A stretch of DNA of 64,000 nt from an uncultured Nitrospiraceae bacterium (GTDB lineage Bacteria; Nitrospirota; Thermodesulfovibrionia; Thermodesulfovibrionales; Dissulfurispiraceae): positions 1,088,001 to 1,152,000 of the forward strand of contig CAVSHF010000005.1 in the NCBI GenBank assembly GCA_963727805.1, written 5' to 3'. How positions within the stretch are numbered: the stretch's first letter is position 1; each line of letters opens with the position of its first letter. This document shows, in pieces, positions 1 to 11,045 of this stretch. Under the pieces are notes generated by a model that saw only the letters and a program-made list of their open reading frames with translations, did not search any database and was not told where the DNA came from. Made by a program: the position numbers and the translations under genes.

Positions 1-34
1 TTCTGCAGGACGTATGTCGATAAGTCCTCGCGTC

Positions 35-1951
35 TTATTTTTTCTTGTCTACATCCTCAAACTCAGCCTCGACCACCTCTTCCTCACCCGATTTTGTCTT
101 CGCGTCTCCTCCATCGGTTGTGCCGCCTGCTGCGCCCTGCTGCTGCGCATCTTTATAGACGTGCTCGGCCATTTTATGCGAGACCTTGGTTAACTCGTCG
201 ATAGCAGCCTTGAGCTCTTCTGCTGACGTGCCGGTATCCTTCAATTTTTTGCACTTTTCGAGTGCGACCTCGATTTCTTTTTTCTCGTCTTCGGTAATTT
301 TATCTCCATACTCCTTGAGCGATTTTTCAACAGAATAGATAAAAGTATCGGCATTATTCTTGGCCTCAACCAGTTCCTTTTTCTTTTTGTCCTCTTCGGC
401 ATGTGCCTCGGCATCGCGCATCATCTTCTCTACTTCGTCCTTGCTGAGGCCGCTCGACGCGGTGATCCTTATGGACTGTTCCTTACCGGTTCCCTTGTCT
501 TTTGCCGAGACATGGATGATGCCGTTTGCATCAATGTCGAAGGTGACCTCAATCTGCGGCAAGCCACGCGGGGCCGGTGGTATATCACTCAACTCGAACA
601 CACCCAGAAGTTTGTTATCGGAAGCCATCTCCCTCTCCCCTTGGTGTATCTTGATGGTAACGGCAGGCTGGTTATCGGAGGCGGTGGAGAATACCTGAGA
701 TTTCTTCGTCGGTATCGTAGTGTTCCGCTCGATGATCTTCGTAAAAATGCCGCCCAGGGTCTCAATGCCGAGTGAGAGTGGGGTGACGTCAAGGAGTAAA
801 ACCTCCTTGACCTCTCCTTTGAGAACGGCTGCCTGAATAGCAGCTCCGACTGCAACAACTTCGTCCGGATTGACGCTCCTGTTTGGCTCTTTTCCAAAAT
901 ATCCCTGTACGACCTGCTGGACCTTCGGGGACCGGGTCTGGCCTCCGACGAGTATTGCCTCATCTATCTGCGAAGTTGCAAGACCAGCGTCACCCAATGC
1001 CTTCTTGCAGGGCTCAATGGTATTCTGCACAAGGTCGTCGGTAAGTTGCTCGAACTTCGACTTCGAAAGCTTAATGAGAAGATGTTTCGGCCCCGTTGCA
1101 TCGGCAGTTACAAAGGGAAGGTTGATTTCGGTTTCCGTGGCAGTTGATAACTCTATCTTCGCCCTTTCAGCCGCTTCTTTCAGCCTTTGAAGAGCCATTT
1201 TATCCTGTTTGATGTCGATCCCCTGCTCCTTCTTAAACTCCTCGACTAGCCAGTCGATGATCCTGAGATCGAAGTCGTCTCCACCGAGATAGGTATCGCC
1301 ATTGGTGGATTTAACCTCTATGACGCCTTCACCGATCTCAAGGATCGATATGTCGAAAGTTCCTCCGCCAAGATCATAGATCGCAACCTTTTCTTCCTTC
1401 TTTTTATCAAGCCCGTAAGCGAGGGCTGCAGCCGTGGGCTCGTTGATGATCCTTAATACATTCAGGCCCGCAATCTTGCCGGCATCCTTGGTAGCCTGTC
1501 TCTGGCTGTCGTCGAAATAAGCGGGAACGGTGATGACCGCCTCGGTGACCGTTTCGCCGAGGTAATCCTCAGCAGACTGTTTCAGTTTCTGGAGAATCAT
1601 TGCCGATATTTCAGGCGGTGAGTATTTCTTGCCGCGAATCTCGACATGTGCATCTCCATTGGAGGCCTCGACAATCTTATACGGGAGCCTCTTCTTCGCA
1701 TGGTCTACCTGCGGCGTATTGAATTTCCTCCCCATAAGTCTCTTTATCGAAAAGATAGTATTTTCGGGGTTGGTGATCGACTGCCGTTTAGCGATCTGGC
1801 CCACAAGTCTCTCTCCCTTTTCGGAAAAGGCCACTACTGAAGGTGTTGTACGGTTTCCCTCCTGATTGGGGATAACGACCGGCTCTCCTCCCATCACGAC
1901 CGCGACAACCGAGTTCGTCGTGCCAAGATCTATTCCTATTGCTTTTCCCAT
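35..1951 (-). CDS. dnaK: Molecular chaperone DnaK (Hsp70)
   Basis: [23 protein letters not shown] and NPDEVVA motifs; downstream of grpE and hrcA. Confidence 0.99.
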   Translation of the reverse strand: MGKAIGIDLGTTNSVVAVVMGGEPVVIPNQEGNRTTPSVVAFSEKGERLVGQIAKRQSITNPENTIFSIKRLMGRKFNTPQVDHAKKRLPYKIVEASNGDAHVEIRGKKYSPPEISAMILQKLKQSAEDYLGETVTEAVITVPAYFDDSQRQATKDAGKIAGLNVLRIINEPTAAALAYGLDKKKEEKVAIYDLGGGTFDISILEIGEGVIEVKSTNGDTYLGGDDFDLRIIDWLVEEFKKEQGIDIKQDKMALQRLKEAAERAKIELSTATETEINLPFVTADATGPKHLLIKLSKSKFEQLTDDLVQNTIEPCKKALGDAGLATSQIDEAILVGGQTRSPKVQQVVQGYFGKEPNRSVNPDEVVAVGAAIQAAVLKGEVKEVLLLDVTPLSLGIETLGGIFTKIIERNTTIPTKKSQVFSTASDNQPAVTIKIHQGEREMASDNKLLGVFELSDIPPAPRGLPQIEVTFDIDANGIIHVSAKDKGTGKEQSIRITASSGLSKDEVEKMMRDAEAHAEEDKKKKELVEAKNNADTFIYSVEKSLKEYGDKITEDEKKEIEVALEKCKKLKDTGTSAEELKAAIDELTKVSHKMAEHVYKDAQQQGAAGGTTDGGDAKTKSGEEEVVEAEFEDVDKKK

Positions 1952-1992
1952 GAAATCCTCCTTCTATCGCTGTGGTAATTGAATTTTCGCTG

Positions 1993-2532
1993 CTATAACT
2001 TCTTCGATACCGTAACAAGGGAGGGTCTTAATACCTTCTCCTTGTACTGATATCCCTTTCTCATCTCTTCGATCACGGTCTTGTCTGCCACTTCTTGTTT
2101 CTCTATTTGCGACATTGCGTGATGATACGCAGGATCAAAAGGCCGCCCCGCCGATTCGATAGCCTTGAGGCCGAATTTTTCGAGAGTCCTGTTTAATTCC
2201 CTGAGGGTATTTTCGACGCCCTGTTTGAGGGACTGTAGAGCATCCTGGCTGCCATCGGAAGTATGCTTCAGGGCCATTTCGAGATTGTCGATGACCGGAA
2301 GCAGCTCGTACAAAAGGTCTTCGTTACAGTAAGCAAAGAACTCCTCCTTTTCCTTCCGAACCCTCTTCTTGTAGTTCTCGAACTCGGCATAGAGCCTCAG
2401 GTATTTGTTGCTGCTCTCTTCCAGTTCGGTCTTCAGTTTGTCGATGTCCTGTATTTGCTCATCTGAACCCGTCCCGGTTCCTTCCTCTGTGGGATCTGCT
2501 GATTCCGGGAACTGGGTTTTTTCATCCGTCAT
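1993..2532 (-). CDS. grpE: Nucleotide exchange factor GrpE
   Basis: AEFENYKKR, FDPAYHHAM and GY..KEKVLRPSLVTV motifs; between hrcA and dnaK. Confidence 0.98.
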   Translation of the reverse strand: MTDEKTQFPESADPTEEGTGTGSDEQIQDIDKLKTELEESSNKYLRLYAEFENYKKRVRKEKEEFFAYCNEDLLYELLPVIDNLEMALKHTSDGSQDALQSLKQGVENTLRELNRTLEKFGLKAIESAGRPFDPAYHHAMSQIEKQEVADKTVIEEMRKGYQYKEKVLRPSLVTVSKKL

Positions 2533-2591
2533 AACACCTCCACGTGATATTCAAAAAAGTCACTGCCTGCTTTTAAGATATAAATAAAATC

Positions 2592-3650
2592 TCAATCCTC
2601 AAAGGTCCTGCTCACACACCGTGCGATGGTATCGACCATAAAGATCGCCTTCGAATAATCCATGCGAGTCGGGCCTATAAGGGCGATAATGCCTATTGGT
2701 CTGTCGCCTTCTTTGTACATCGATGAGACAACGCTTAAGCCCTTAAGTTCATTGACAGGATTCTCATTGCCTATGGCAACCCTCACTCCCGCAGCATCGG
2801 ACAGCTCGGCCAATAGTTTAATGATAACGTGCTTTTCTTTGATCGCCTTCGAAAGCTCCTTGATCTTCGAGATGTCCGAAAAATCAGGTAAGTTCATCAC
2901 ATCGTAAAGTCCAGAAACGAAAATGTCATTTTCAGCAAAAGACATTGCCTGTTCATAGATCGAAATAGCCCTAGAAATAAGCTTGTCCCACTGGGCCTTC
3001 TCACGTCTCACTCTCTGCATAAGCATCCCATTGATCTCGTCCAGAGTGTGGCCCGTAAACTCTGCATTGAGGTACTCGGCGATTCGGTTCAGATCTTCCT
3101 GTCTAAGCATCGGGTCGGCCTGAAGCACCTTATTCTTGATGATCCCTTCGTCCGTAAGTAGAATCGCCACGATCTGGTCGCCTTTGAACTTGATCAGGTC
3201 AATACGATTGAAAGTAGTATTTTCAGCCTTCGGAGGTAAAAGGACGCCGACATAATTGGAAAGGGATGAAAGGGTGTTCGTCACCTCCGAGAACATTGCA
3301 GAGATATCGTTTTTAAACTCCTCCAGTCTTCTCGAAAAATGCTCTGCAAATTCCTTCGGAAGTTCTACAATATTCCCAGCTTTTTCATCTTCACCGAGAG
3401 AATCTACATAAAAGCGGTAGCCTTTATCGGTGGGGACCCTTCCGGACGATGTATGCGGTTGTCTCAAAAAGCCCATCTCCTCGAGGTCGGCCATGGTGTT
3501 GCGGATCGTCGCCGGCGAAAATCCGAAAGAATATTTGCGGGTCACAAAGCGGGAGCCGACGGGGTCAGGCCTGTCGATATAACTGCGTACGACGGCATTT
3601 AAGACCTGCCGGCTTCTCTCATCAAGTATGTCAAAAATATCCCTTATCAC
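2592..3650 (-). CDS. hrcA: Heat-inducible transcriptional repressor HrcA
   Basis: PVGS, SPATIRNTMADLEEMG, QPHTSSGRVPT and IGPTRMDY motifs; GTG start; CIRCE directly upstream. Confidence 0.98.
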   Translation of the reverse strand: MIRDIFDILDERSRQVLNAVVRSYIDRPDPVGSRFVTRKYSFGFSPATIRNTMADLEEMGFLRQPHTSSGRVPTDKGYRFYVDSLGEDEKAGNIVELPKEFAEHFSRRLEEFKNDISAMFSEVTNTLSSLSNYVGVLLPPKAENTTFNRIDLIKFKGDQIVAILLTDEGIIKNKVLQADPMLRQEDLNRIAEYLNAEFTGHTLDEINGMLMQRVRREKAQWDKLISRAISIYEQAMSFAENDIFVSGLYDVMNLPDFSDISKIKELSKAIKEKHVIIKLLAELSDAAGVRVAIGNENPVNELKGLSVVSSMYKEGDRPIGIIALIGPTRMDYSKAIFMVDTIARCVSRTFED

Positions 3651-3654
3651 CGTT

Positions 3655-3681
3655 TTAGCACTCTCCTGCCCCGAGTGCTAA
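3655..3681. promoter_or_regulatory. CIRCE element (HrcA operator)
   Basis: Perfect TTAGCACTC-N9-GAGTGCTAA, 4 nt upstream of the hrcA start. Confidence 0.98.
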
Positions 3682-3682
3682 T

Positions 3683-3712
3683 AATTTAACAGGAAGCGGG
3701 GGGTCGTGTCAA
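3683..3712 (-). promoter_or_regulatory. sigma70-type promoter of hrcA-grpE-dnaK
   Basis: Minus-strand TTGACA (3712-3707), 18 nt spacer, TAAATT (3688-3683), immediately upstream of CIRCE. Confidence 0.65.
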
Positions 3713-3716
3713 CATT

Positions 3717-4553
3717 CTACCACTGAAGCCCTTTGTGCATAAGCTTCTCGTACATCTTGGGGGGCATAAAGGCCTGCGTGTGTATCTCGTCGCTGTAATA
3801 CTTTGTTTCTATTGCGTATTTTCTTCTCATCGTCCTCAAGTTGAGCTTCTTTGACGCAGCTGAAAAGGTCCACCAGTTGCCCGCGTACGTGGACAAAGGC
3901 GCGGTATAAAGATCTACGATAGGGAAGATAAGTTTCAAGGCTTCCTGCACTTCGATGACCATATCCTTATGGAAGTGGAGTGACTCTGAGAGAGAAACAA
4001 ACATGCCATCACTGGTAAGCGAGTCCTTGACAGATTTAAAAAATTCGACAGTGAAGAGGCTCTTTGCAAACCCGATGATATCGGTCGAATCAACAATGAC
4101 TGCGTCGATGTCTCCTTCCCTGCCTTTGACGAATTCGGCGCCGTCCATACATTTTATTTCAACCCTCTTGTCGTCGACCCCGCAAGCCACTTCAGGAAAG
4201 TATTTCTTCGAGACATTGATGACCTCTTCGTCAATCTCGATGAAATAGATTTTTTCGATGCTTTTGTGTTTCAGGACCTCCCTCACAACACCCCCATCGC
4301 CTCCGCCAATGACAATCACCTTTTTGGGGTCGGGATGGGCGTGCAACAGCACATGCACCAGCATTTCATGATAGAAGAATTCATCCCGAGCTGTTATCTG
4401 CACTACTCCATCGAGGATGAGCATCCTGCCGAAGTGAGGGTTCTCGATGACCATGATCTCCTGAAACTGGCTCTTACTTTTGTGAAGAATATGCTCGACA
4501 TCATAGACGTATTGTATTGGCGCGTAGGGGTCTTTCTCGAAAAACTTGATCAT
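3717..4553 (-). CDS. speE: Spermidine synthase (polyamine aminopropyltransferase)
   Basis: LDGVVQ, YHEML, IGGGDGG and VDSTD motifs; adjacent to a decarboxylase. Confidence 0.95.
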   Translation of the reverse strand: MIKFFEKDPYAPIQYVYDVEHILHKSKSQFQEIMVIENPHFGRMLILDGVVQITARDEFFYHEMLVHVLLHAHPDPKKVIVIGGGDGGVVREVLKHKSIEKIYFIEIDEEVINVSKKYFPEVACGVDDKRVEIKCMDGAEFVKGREGDIDAVIVDSTDIIGFAKSLFTVEFFKSVKDSLTSDGMFVSLSESLHFHKDMVIEVQEALKLIFPIVDLYTAPLSTYAGNWWTFSAASKKLNLRTMRRKYAIETKYYSDEIHTQAFMPPKMYEKLMHKGLQW

Positions 4554-4564
4554 ATCTCCTCCAA

Positions 4565-5698
4565 CTAAATTAATATCGTCTTCGGTATCGAAAAACCGTT
4601 AAATTCCGAGGCGTATGAAATTGTGTAGGCGCCGCTCGAAGGAATGAGTATACGGTTACCAACCTCGGGATCGGGAAGCTCGACATCACGGTCGATAACG
4701 TCGAAGCTATCGCAACTCGGTCCGACAACCGTCCACTTCTTGGACTCGTTACGGCTTCCGACGATGTAATGATATTTAATGCCGCCGACACTCTCCATCA
4801 ATCCGTTAAAAACACCCACGTCGATGTAGAGCCAATTTTCATCTCCCCGTGCCGCTTTACCAATTACTGTAGCGACAAAGACGCCGGCATCGCCGACTAC
4901 AGCCCTACCGGGCTCGATGAATATCTCGACATTGGCCGGAAATTTCTGCCTGAGGACCTTGTCAATTTTGCTCTCAATAGTCTCAATATCCACTACTTTT
5001 TTAGTATACCTGATCGGATAGCCACCACCGATATTAAGCACTGTAAGCTTCACGCCGCTGGCTTCAGCAAGATCCCAAAGCTCCCTCGCCTTTTCAATAG
5101 CGCTATTCCAGTTGTAGACGTTGTTGCACTGGGAGCCGACATGAAAGGTTATTCCTACAGGGTTCAAACCTTTTTTTTTCGCGAGTACCAGCAGCCTCAC
5201 AGCATCTTCGAGCTCTACACCGAACTTCTTGCTCAAGGGCCATTCGCTCCCATCATTCGGTACGGTCAGCCGCACATAGACATTGCTGCCCGGGGCGTAT
5301 TTCATGAGCTTTTCAACTTCGGCTTCGGAATCATAGGCGAAATACCTTATTCCGTAATCGACCGCCTCCTCAAGGAACCGGAAAGTCTTCATCGGATTGC
5401 TAGTGATGATCCGTTCGGGTTCAACACCAAGGGAGGCGAGCATCCTGAGTTCCCCTTCGGAGGCAATCTCAAAGCCGATGCCGAATGTGTTCAGAAGCCT
5501 CAGGACTTCAATGTCAGGATTGGCCTTGACTGCGTAGAAAACTCTGGCGTTCCTGATTTTCTTTCCGATAAGGGAAACCTTTTGCTTTATCAGCTCTTTA
5601 TCGATGAGTAGATAAGGCGGCTGCTCATCGCTCATGGCGATATAATTGATCACCTTATCCCAGGTACTTTTATTGATGAGGCCGGGCACTATTTCCAT
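4565..5698 (-). CDS. Fold-type III PLP-dependent ornithine/lysine decarboxylase
   Basis: FYAVKANP, KFG, FHVGSQ, EPGR, GPSCDSFD and GAYT motifs; co-oriented with speE. Confidence 0.9.
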   Translation of the reverse strand: MEIVPGLINKSTWDKVINYIAMSDEQPPYLLIDKELIKQKVSLIGKKIRNARVFYAVKANPDIEVLRLLNTFGIGFEIASEGELRMLASLGVEPERIITSNPMKTFRFLEEAVDYGIRYFAYDSEAEVEKLMKYAPGSNVYVRLTVPNDGSEWPLSKKFGVELEDAVRLLVLAKKKGLNPVGITFHVGSQCNNVYNWNSAIEKARELWDLAEASGVKLTVLNIGGGYPIRYTKKVVDIETIESKIDKVLRQKFPANVEIFIEPGRAVVGDAGVFVATVIGKAARGDENWLYIDVGVFNGLMESVGGIKYHYIVGSRNESKKWTVVGPSCDSFDVIDRDVELPDPEVGNRILIPSSGAYTISYASEFNGFSIPKTILI

Positions 5699-5912
5699 GC
5701 TTCACCCCGCTTGTTTGATAACGCACTCCATGCAAGAGGTAGGTGATATTATATATCAATCAGTGTGAATTATTAAAAGCGGGCCGCACGAAACAGATCC
5801 CAACAGGAGTCGAGACGGGATGAAAGGGCAATCAACGTATTGTTATGCGAATAGAAGCCTCTTCTAGAGAACTCTATAAACGACACAGCGGTAATGAAAA
5901 GGGCTGACCAAC

Positions 5913-6653
5913 CTATGTCTTAATGCAATGTAACAGATATTCGATGTTGCCTTTTTGCCCGGTAATGGGCGACGAGATGATGCCCGTGACTTGAAGGCCA
6001 AAGGCCGCAAATTCCTCTTTGATACGAGCAATAACTTCTATTCTTTTTGACTCTTCTTTCACAATACCACCCTTGCCGACTTCGCCTTTGCCCACCTCAA
6101 ACTGGGGCTTTATGAGGGCTACGATCTCTCCTTTTTCTTTCAGGAATTCAAGCACCTTCGGGACAACCTTGGTCAATGAAATGAATGAGACATCGATTGT
6201 TGCGATATCGATAACCTCGGGGATGCGATTGTTTTCGAGGTGACGAATATTAGTCCTTTCTAAGAGTACCACATTCGGGTCCTGCCTGAGTTTCCAGGCA
6301 AGCTGCCCGTAACCAACGTCGATACAATAGACGCGGCGCACGCCCTGCTGGAGCATCACATCGGTGAAGCCCCCGGTTGATGATCCCACGTCCATGGCTG
6401 TCTTGTCCCGGACTGATATTTGGAAATGTTTGAGCGCCGCTTCGAGCTTGAGACCTCCGCGGCTGACATAGGGATTATCTTCACCCTTGAGTTCAATCGA
6501 TGCGTCGGTGCCAAACAGCTCCCCAGCCTTGGTTGCCGGATGGCCGTTGACCACGACCTTGCCTTCCATTATCAATGCCTTGGCCCTGTCCCGGCTTGCA
6601 GCTAACCCCCTGTCATGAATCAGCTTGTCGAGTCTTTCTTTTATCTCAGCCAA
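5913..6653 (-). CDS. tlyA: TlyA family rRNA 2'-O-methyltransferase
   Basis: N-terminal S4 domain, YVSRGGLKL, GSSTGGFT, DVSFISL and KPQFE motifs; follows dxs. Confidence 0.95.
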   Translation of the reverse strand: MAEIKERLDKLIHDRGLAASRDRAKALIMEGKVVVNGHPATKAGELFGTDASIELKGEDNPYVSRGGLKLEAALKHFQISVRDKTAMDVGSSTGGFTDVMLQQGVRRVYCIDVGYGQLAWKLRQDPNVVLLERTNIRHLENNRIPEVIDIATIDVSFISLTKVVPKVLEFLKEKGEIVALIKPQFEVGKGEVGKGGIVKEESKRIEVIARIKEEFAAFGLQVTGIISSPITGQKGNIEYLLHCIKT

Positions 6654-6658
6654 CTGCG

Positions 6659-8554
6659 TTATCGACCCCGCAAAAATTCAAGCGCTATCCTGTAAATGCC
6701 CTGATCATCGAGATTGTATTTCTCCCTGAGTATTCGCTGCGAACCATGCTCGACAAACTCATCGTCGATGCCTATCCTCTTAACGGCGACGTCGGTAATG
6801 CCCTCATTACTCAGACATTCGAGCACTGATGATCCAAATCCTCCAGCAAGGACATTCTCTTCCACGACAATCAGTTTCTTCGTCCGCTGCGAAAGAGAAG
6901 CTATCAGGTCTTTGTCGATGGGCTTGATAAAGCGTGCATTGACCACACACGCATGTATGCCATCCTTCTTCAGCATCTCTGCTGCCTTAAACGCTGGATA
7001 AACAGCTGCGCCAATCCCGACAATTGTGATGTCCTCCCCGTCCAGAAGGACCTCGGCCCTGCCGGGAACGATCTCCATGTCCCTGGAAAGTATCAGCCCG
7101 ATAGAGGACTTGCCGCGGGGATATCTGATGGCAGAAGGCCCTTCATGCTTAAGCGCGACCATAAGCATTGTGCGCAACTCCGATAGGTCAGCGGGAGCCA
7201 TGATCATGAGATTGGGGATGTTCCTCAAAAAGGATAGGTCGAAGAGACCCTGATGGGTCGGGCCGTCCTCACCGACTATCCCCGCCCGGTCGATCGCGAA
7301 GATAACGGGCAGATTCTGGATACAGACATCATGAATGATTTGGTCATAAGCACGCTGCAAAAAAGTGGAGTAGACAGCAATAACAGGCCTCAGTCCCTGG
7401 CTTGCCAAACCGGCCGCAAAGGTCACTGCATGAGGCTCTGCTATGCCGACGTCGTAAAATCTGTCGGGGAATTTTTCGGCAAAAGCCGTCAGTCCAGTTC
7501 CCTCCTTCATTGCCGCAGTGATCGCTATTATTCGCTCATCAACTGAAGCTGCCTCAACGAGTGCCCTGCCGAATGCCTCACTGTATGAGATGCATTCACA
7601 TCCCTGCGCTTCGGACGCTCCTTTAGTGCCGTTAATCTCCCCTGTCTCGATCTCGAAGGGACCGATCCCGTGGAAAATGCAGGGATCATCTTCTGAAAAT
7701 TTATATCCTTTCCCTTTTTTTGTTACAATATGGAGCAGGACTGGTTCAGTCGCCGTTCTTATACTCTCCAAGGTTGTAATAAGCAGCGACATATCGTGAC
7801 CGTCTATCGGGCCAAGGTAATTGAAGCCGAGATCCTGGAAAAGACCTCCGGGGAGGAAGAATCCCTTAAGGCTCCCTTCAGCCCTTCCGGCTATTTTTGC
7901 CACCGACTCACCGATCTTCGGGATGCCTTCCAGAAGCGCCCTCGTCTCCTGCCTGAATTTTTTGTAAAACGTACCGGTCAGGACCTTGTGCAGATACGTG
8001 GACATGGCGCCGACATTGGGAGATATCGACATCTCATTGTCGTTCAGGATGACGATTAAATCTTTCTTCATATGGCCGGCCTGGTTCAGGCCTTCAAAGG
8101 CGAGCCCTCCAGTGAGGGCGCCGTCTCCGATTACCGCGACGACCTTGAAATCATCTCCCCGTTTGTCCCTTGCTTCGAGTATGCCGAGGGCAGCTGAGAT
8201 CGATGTTGAACTGTGGCCTGTGCCGAAAGCATCGTGAGGGCTTTCGCTTCTTTTCGGAAATCCGGACAATCCTCCAAACTTTCTCAAGGTGGAGAAGAGC
8301 CCGTACCTGCCGGTGAGAAGTTTGTGAGTATAGGTCTGGTGCCCCACATCCCAGATGAATTTATCGCGGGGCGAGTTAAAGACATAATGCATTGCGATAG
8401 TAAGTTCGACAACGCCGAGGTTGGCGGCCAGATGACCGCCATTTTTCGAGACCCGCTCAATAATCAGACCGCGCAGTTCTTCGGCGAGAGTCTTGAGTTC
8501 CTCAATGGTGAGGCCTTTAATATCCTGGGGAGAGTTTATTTTTTCGATCATCAA
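6659..8554 (-). CDS. dxs: 1-deoxy-D-xylulose-5-phosphate synthase
   Basis: GGHL, DVGHQ, GHSSTSIS, GDGA, DRAG and GPTHQG motifs. Confidence 0.98.
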   Translation of the reverse strand: MMIEKINSPQDIKGLTIEELKTLAEELRGLIIERVSKNGGHLAANLGVVELTIAMHYVFNSPRDKFIWDVGHQTYTHKLLTGRYGLFSTLRKFGGLSGFPKRSESPHDAFGTGHSSTSISAALGILEARDKRGDDFKVVAVIGDGALTGGLAFEGLNQAGHMKKDLIVILNDNEMSISPNVGAMSTYLHKVLTGTFYKKFRQETRALLEGIPKIGESVAKIAGRAEGSLKGFFLPGGLFQDLGFNYLGPIDGHDMSLLITTLESIRTATEPVLLHIVTKKGKGYKFSEDDPCIFHGIGPFEIETGEINGTKGASEAQGCECISYSEAFGRALVEAASVDERIIAITAAMKEGTGLTAFAEKFPDRFYDVGIAEPHAVTFAAGLASQGLRPVIAVYSTFLQRAYDQIIHDVCIQNLPVIFAIDRAGIVGEDGPTHQGLFDLSFLRNIPNLMIMAPADLSELRTMLMVALKHEGPSAIRYPRGKSSIGLILSRDMEIVPGRAEVLLDGEDITIVGIGAAVYPAFKAAEMLKKDGIHACVVNARFIKPIDKDLIASLSQRTKKLIVVEENVLAGGFGSSVLECLSNEGITDVAVKRIGIDDEFVEHGSQRILREKYNLDDQGIYRIALEFLRGR

Positions 8555-9465
8555 CTCTTTCTTTCGTAAAGATACCGAGCGACGTCCCGCAGGGGATCCG
8601 CTTTCTCATCGAACACCGACAAGGCTCCGATAGCGCCATCTATCAATTGTTTAGCCTTTTTCCGTGACTCCTCAATACCGAAAAGACGCGGATAGGTCAT
8701 CTTGTCCTTTCTTTCATCAGACCCTTGCGGCTTGCCGATAACCTCGGTATCACCCTCAACATCGAGGATATCGTCGATCACCTGAAAGGCCAGACCTATG
8801 TCTTCGCCGTAACAGTCGAGCCTTTCGAGCAGTTCCTCACTGCATCCCGCAAGGACCCCTCCCATTCTTATAGAGACGGCGATAAGCGCCGCTGTCTTAT
8901 GCTCATGGATATAGGAAAGGGTCATGACATCCGGTTCAGCATTTTCCGACAACAGGTCCTGGGCCTGCCCACCAACCATACCCTTTGCCCCGGAGGCAAA
9001 AGCCACTTCATGGATCACCCTTAAGAGTTGCGTACATGCTTTGGAATCGAATCCCCCGTTGCCCCTCTTTTCGAGAGTGGCAAAAGGCTGTGAAAGAAGA
9101 TAAAACGCCTCTGTCAGGAGGGCATCTCCCGCAAGGATCGCCATTGCATCACCGAAGACCTTGTGATTAGTAGGTTTGCCGCGCCTCAGGTCGTCGTTGT
9201 CCATAGCTGGCAGGTCGTCGTGAATCAGGGAATAGGTATGGATAAGTTCAAGGGCTGCTGCCTGGGGCACGATATCATCCGCCCTGCCGCCGCATGCTTC
9301 ATATGAAGCAAGACATAAAACCGGCCGTATTCGTTTACCACCAGCAGACAGAGAATACACCATTGCATCGTGGAGCATCCGGGGAGGGAACGGCGAACTC
9401 AGATAGGATTCGAGAAACGCATCGATGAGGGCTTTTTTCTGTTTAAGATAACCCTTGATATCCAT
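8551..9465 (-). CDS. ispA: Farnesyl/geranylgeranyl diphosphate synthase
   Basis: GGKRIRP, HDDLPAMDNDDLRRG and FQVIDDILD motifs; overlaps the dxs start. Confidence 0.93.
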   Translation of the reverse strand: MDIKGYLKQKKALIDAFLESYLSSPFPPRMLHDAMVYSLSAGGKRIRPVLCLASYEACGGRADDIVPQAAALELIHTYSLIHDDLPAMDNDDLRRGKPTNHKVFGDAMAILAGDALLTEAFYLLSQPFATLEKRGNGGFDSKACTQLLRVIHEVAFASGAKGMVGGQAQDLLSENAEPDVMTLSYIHEHKTAALIAVSIRMGGVLAGCSEELLERLDCYGEDIGLAFQVIDDILDVEGDTEVIGKPQGSDERKDKMTYPRLFGIEESRKKAKQLIDGAIGALSVFDEKADPLRDVARYLYERKS

Positions 9466-9474
9466 CTAGCCCTT

Positions 9475-11028
9475 TCATTCCCACTCGATAGTTCCGGGAG
9501 GCTTTGAGGTGATGTCGTAGACTACCCTGTTGACACCGCGCACCTCATTGATGATCCTTCCTGATATCTTGCCGAGAACATCATAAGGTACGTGGGCCCA
9601 ATCGGCAGTCATGCCGTCAAGGCTCGTTACGGCCCGCACGGCAACAACTTTGTCATAAGTCCTTTCATCGCCCATAACCCCTACACTCTGAATGGGCAGT
9701 ATCACCGCAAAAGCCTGCCAAATTTTCTTATACAGACCCGCAATCTTGATCTCTTCAATTACAATCGCATCGGACTCTCTCAGAATTTCGAGGGTGGCTT
9801 CAGTTATGCCGCCGATGCATCTAATGGCGAGACCGGGTCCGGGAAAGGGTTGCCTCCAGCATATCTCTTCGGGGAGCCCCAGTTCCTGGCCGAGGACCCT
9901 AACCTCATCCTTGAAAAGTTCCCTTAGTGGCTCGACAAGTTTGAGTTTCATAACCTCGGGCAGCCCGCCAACGTTATGATGGCTCTTGATAACTGCCGAA
10001 GGCCCTTTGAATGATACGCTCTCAATCACATCGGGATAGAGTGTTCCTTGGGCGAGGAATTCGGCATCCTGTATCTTCTTCGCTTCCTCTTCAAAAATAG
10101 CGATAAATTCATTGCCGATGATCTTCCTCTTTTTCTCAGGATCGGACACTCCCGCGAGTCTTTCGAGGAATCTCCTTCTTGCATCCACGAAATCGAGTTT
10201 AATGTGAAAATGGTCTTGGAAGGTCTTCCGGACCTTTTCGGCCTCTCCCTTCCGGAGAAGACCATTGTCGACAAAGATACAGGTAAGATTGTCGCCGATC
10301 GCCCTGTGGATTAGGAGAGCTACCACAGAAGAGTCAACCCCTCCGCTCAGTGCGCATATCACCTTTTTATCGTTGACTTCAGAACGGATATTCGCTATGG
10401 ACCATTCGATGAACGAGGCCATTTCCCAGGTAGGTTTGCACTGGCATATTTCGAATACGAAATTCTGCAATACCCTCATGCCTTCGTCGGTATGGGCCAC
10501 TTCAGGATGGAACTGAAGGGCATAAAATTTCCGCTCTTTGTCCGCCATTGCCGCAACCGGCGAGTTGTCCGTATGCCCTATAATGGCGAACCCTTCGGGC
10601 ATTATCTCGATCCTATCGCCGTGGCTCATCCAGACCTTGGACTTCTGAGAAAGTCCCCACAGAAGGTCAGTTTCGTCGTCGACCAACAGCATCGCTCTTC
10701 CATATTCCCTCTTAGCCGCGCGTGTGACTTCGCCGCCGAGAGAGTGGGCCATCAATTGCATGCCGTAGCAAATACCGAACACAGGGACGCCTAAGTTAAA
10801 TATTGCCAGATCGCAGATAGGTGCATTTTTATCATAGATACTCGAAGGACCCCCTGAGAGGATTATTCCCTTTGGCGCAAATGCCCTGATCTTTTCAATC
10901 GGGGCATTATAGGGGAAAATCTCTGAGTAAACTTTATTCTCTCTTATTCTTCGCGCAATAAGCTGGGTGTACTGGGATCCAAAATCGAGGACCAGTATCT
11001 TTTCCGTTAACGGGACGGCGAGTTCCAT
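9475..11028 (-). CDS. guaA: GMP synthase (glutamine-hydrolysing)
   Basis: [27 protein letters not shown] and KPPGTIEWE motifs. Confidence 0.99.
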   Translation of the reverse strand: MELAVPLTEKILVLDFGSQYTQLIARRIRENKVYSEIFPYNAPIEKIRAFAPKGIILSGGPSSIYDKNAPICDLAIFNLGVPVFGICYGMQLMAHSLGGEVTRAAKREYGRAMLLVDDETDLLWGLSQKSKVWMSHGDRIEIMPEGFAIIGHTDNSPVAAMADKERKFYALQFHPEVAHTDEGMRVLQNFVFEICQCKPTWEMASFIEWSIANIRSEVNDKKVICALSGGVDSSVVALLIHRAIGDNLTCIFVDNGLLRKGEAEKVRKTFQDHFHIKLDFVDARRRFLERLAGVSDPEKKRKIIGNEFIAIFEEEAKKIQDAEFLAQGTLYPDVIESVSFKGPSAVIKSHHNVGGLPEVMKLKLVEPLRELFKDEVRVLGQELGLPEEICWRQPFPGPGLAIRCIGGITEATLEILRESDAIVIEEIKIAGLYKKIWQAFAVILPIQSVGVMGDERTYDKVVAVRAVTSLDGMTADWAHVPYDVLGKISGRIINEVRGVNRVVYDITSKPPGTIEWE

Positions 11029-11045
11029 TATTATTCGGTCCGCCT

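Noticed and set aside
4769..5611. 280 aa plus-strand ORF
   Set aside because: Antisense shadow of the decarboxylase gene with no recognisable motifs.
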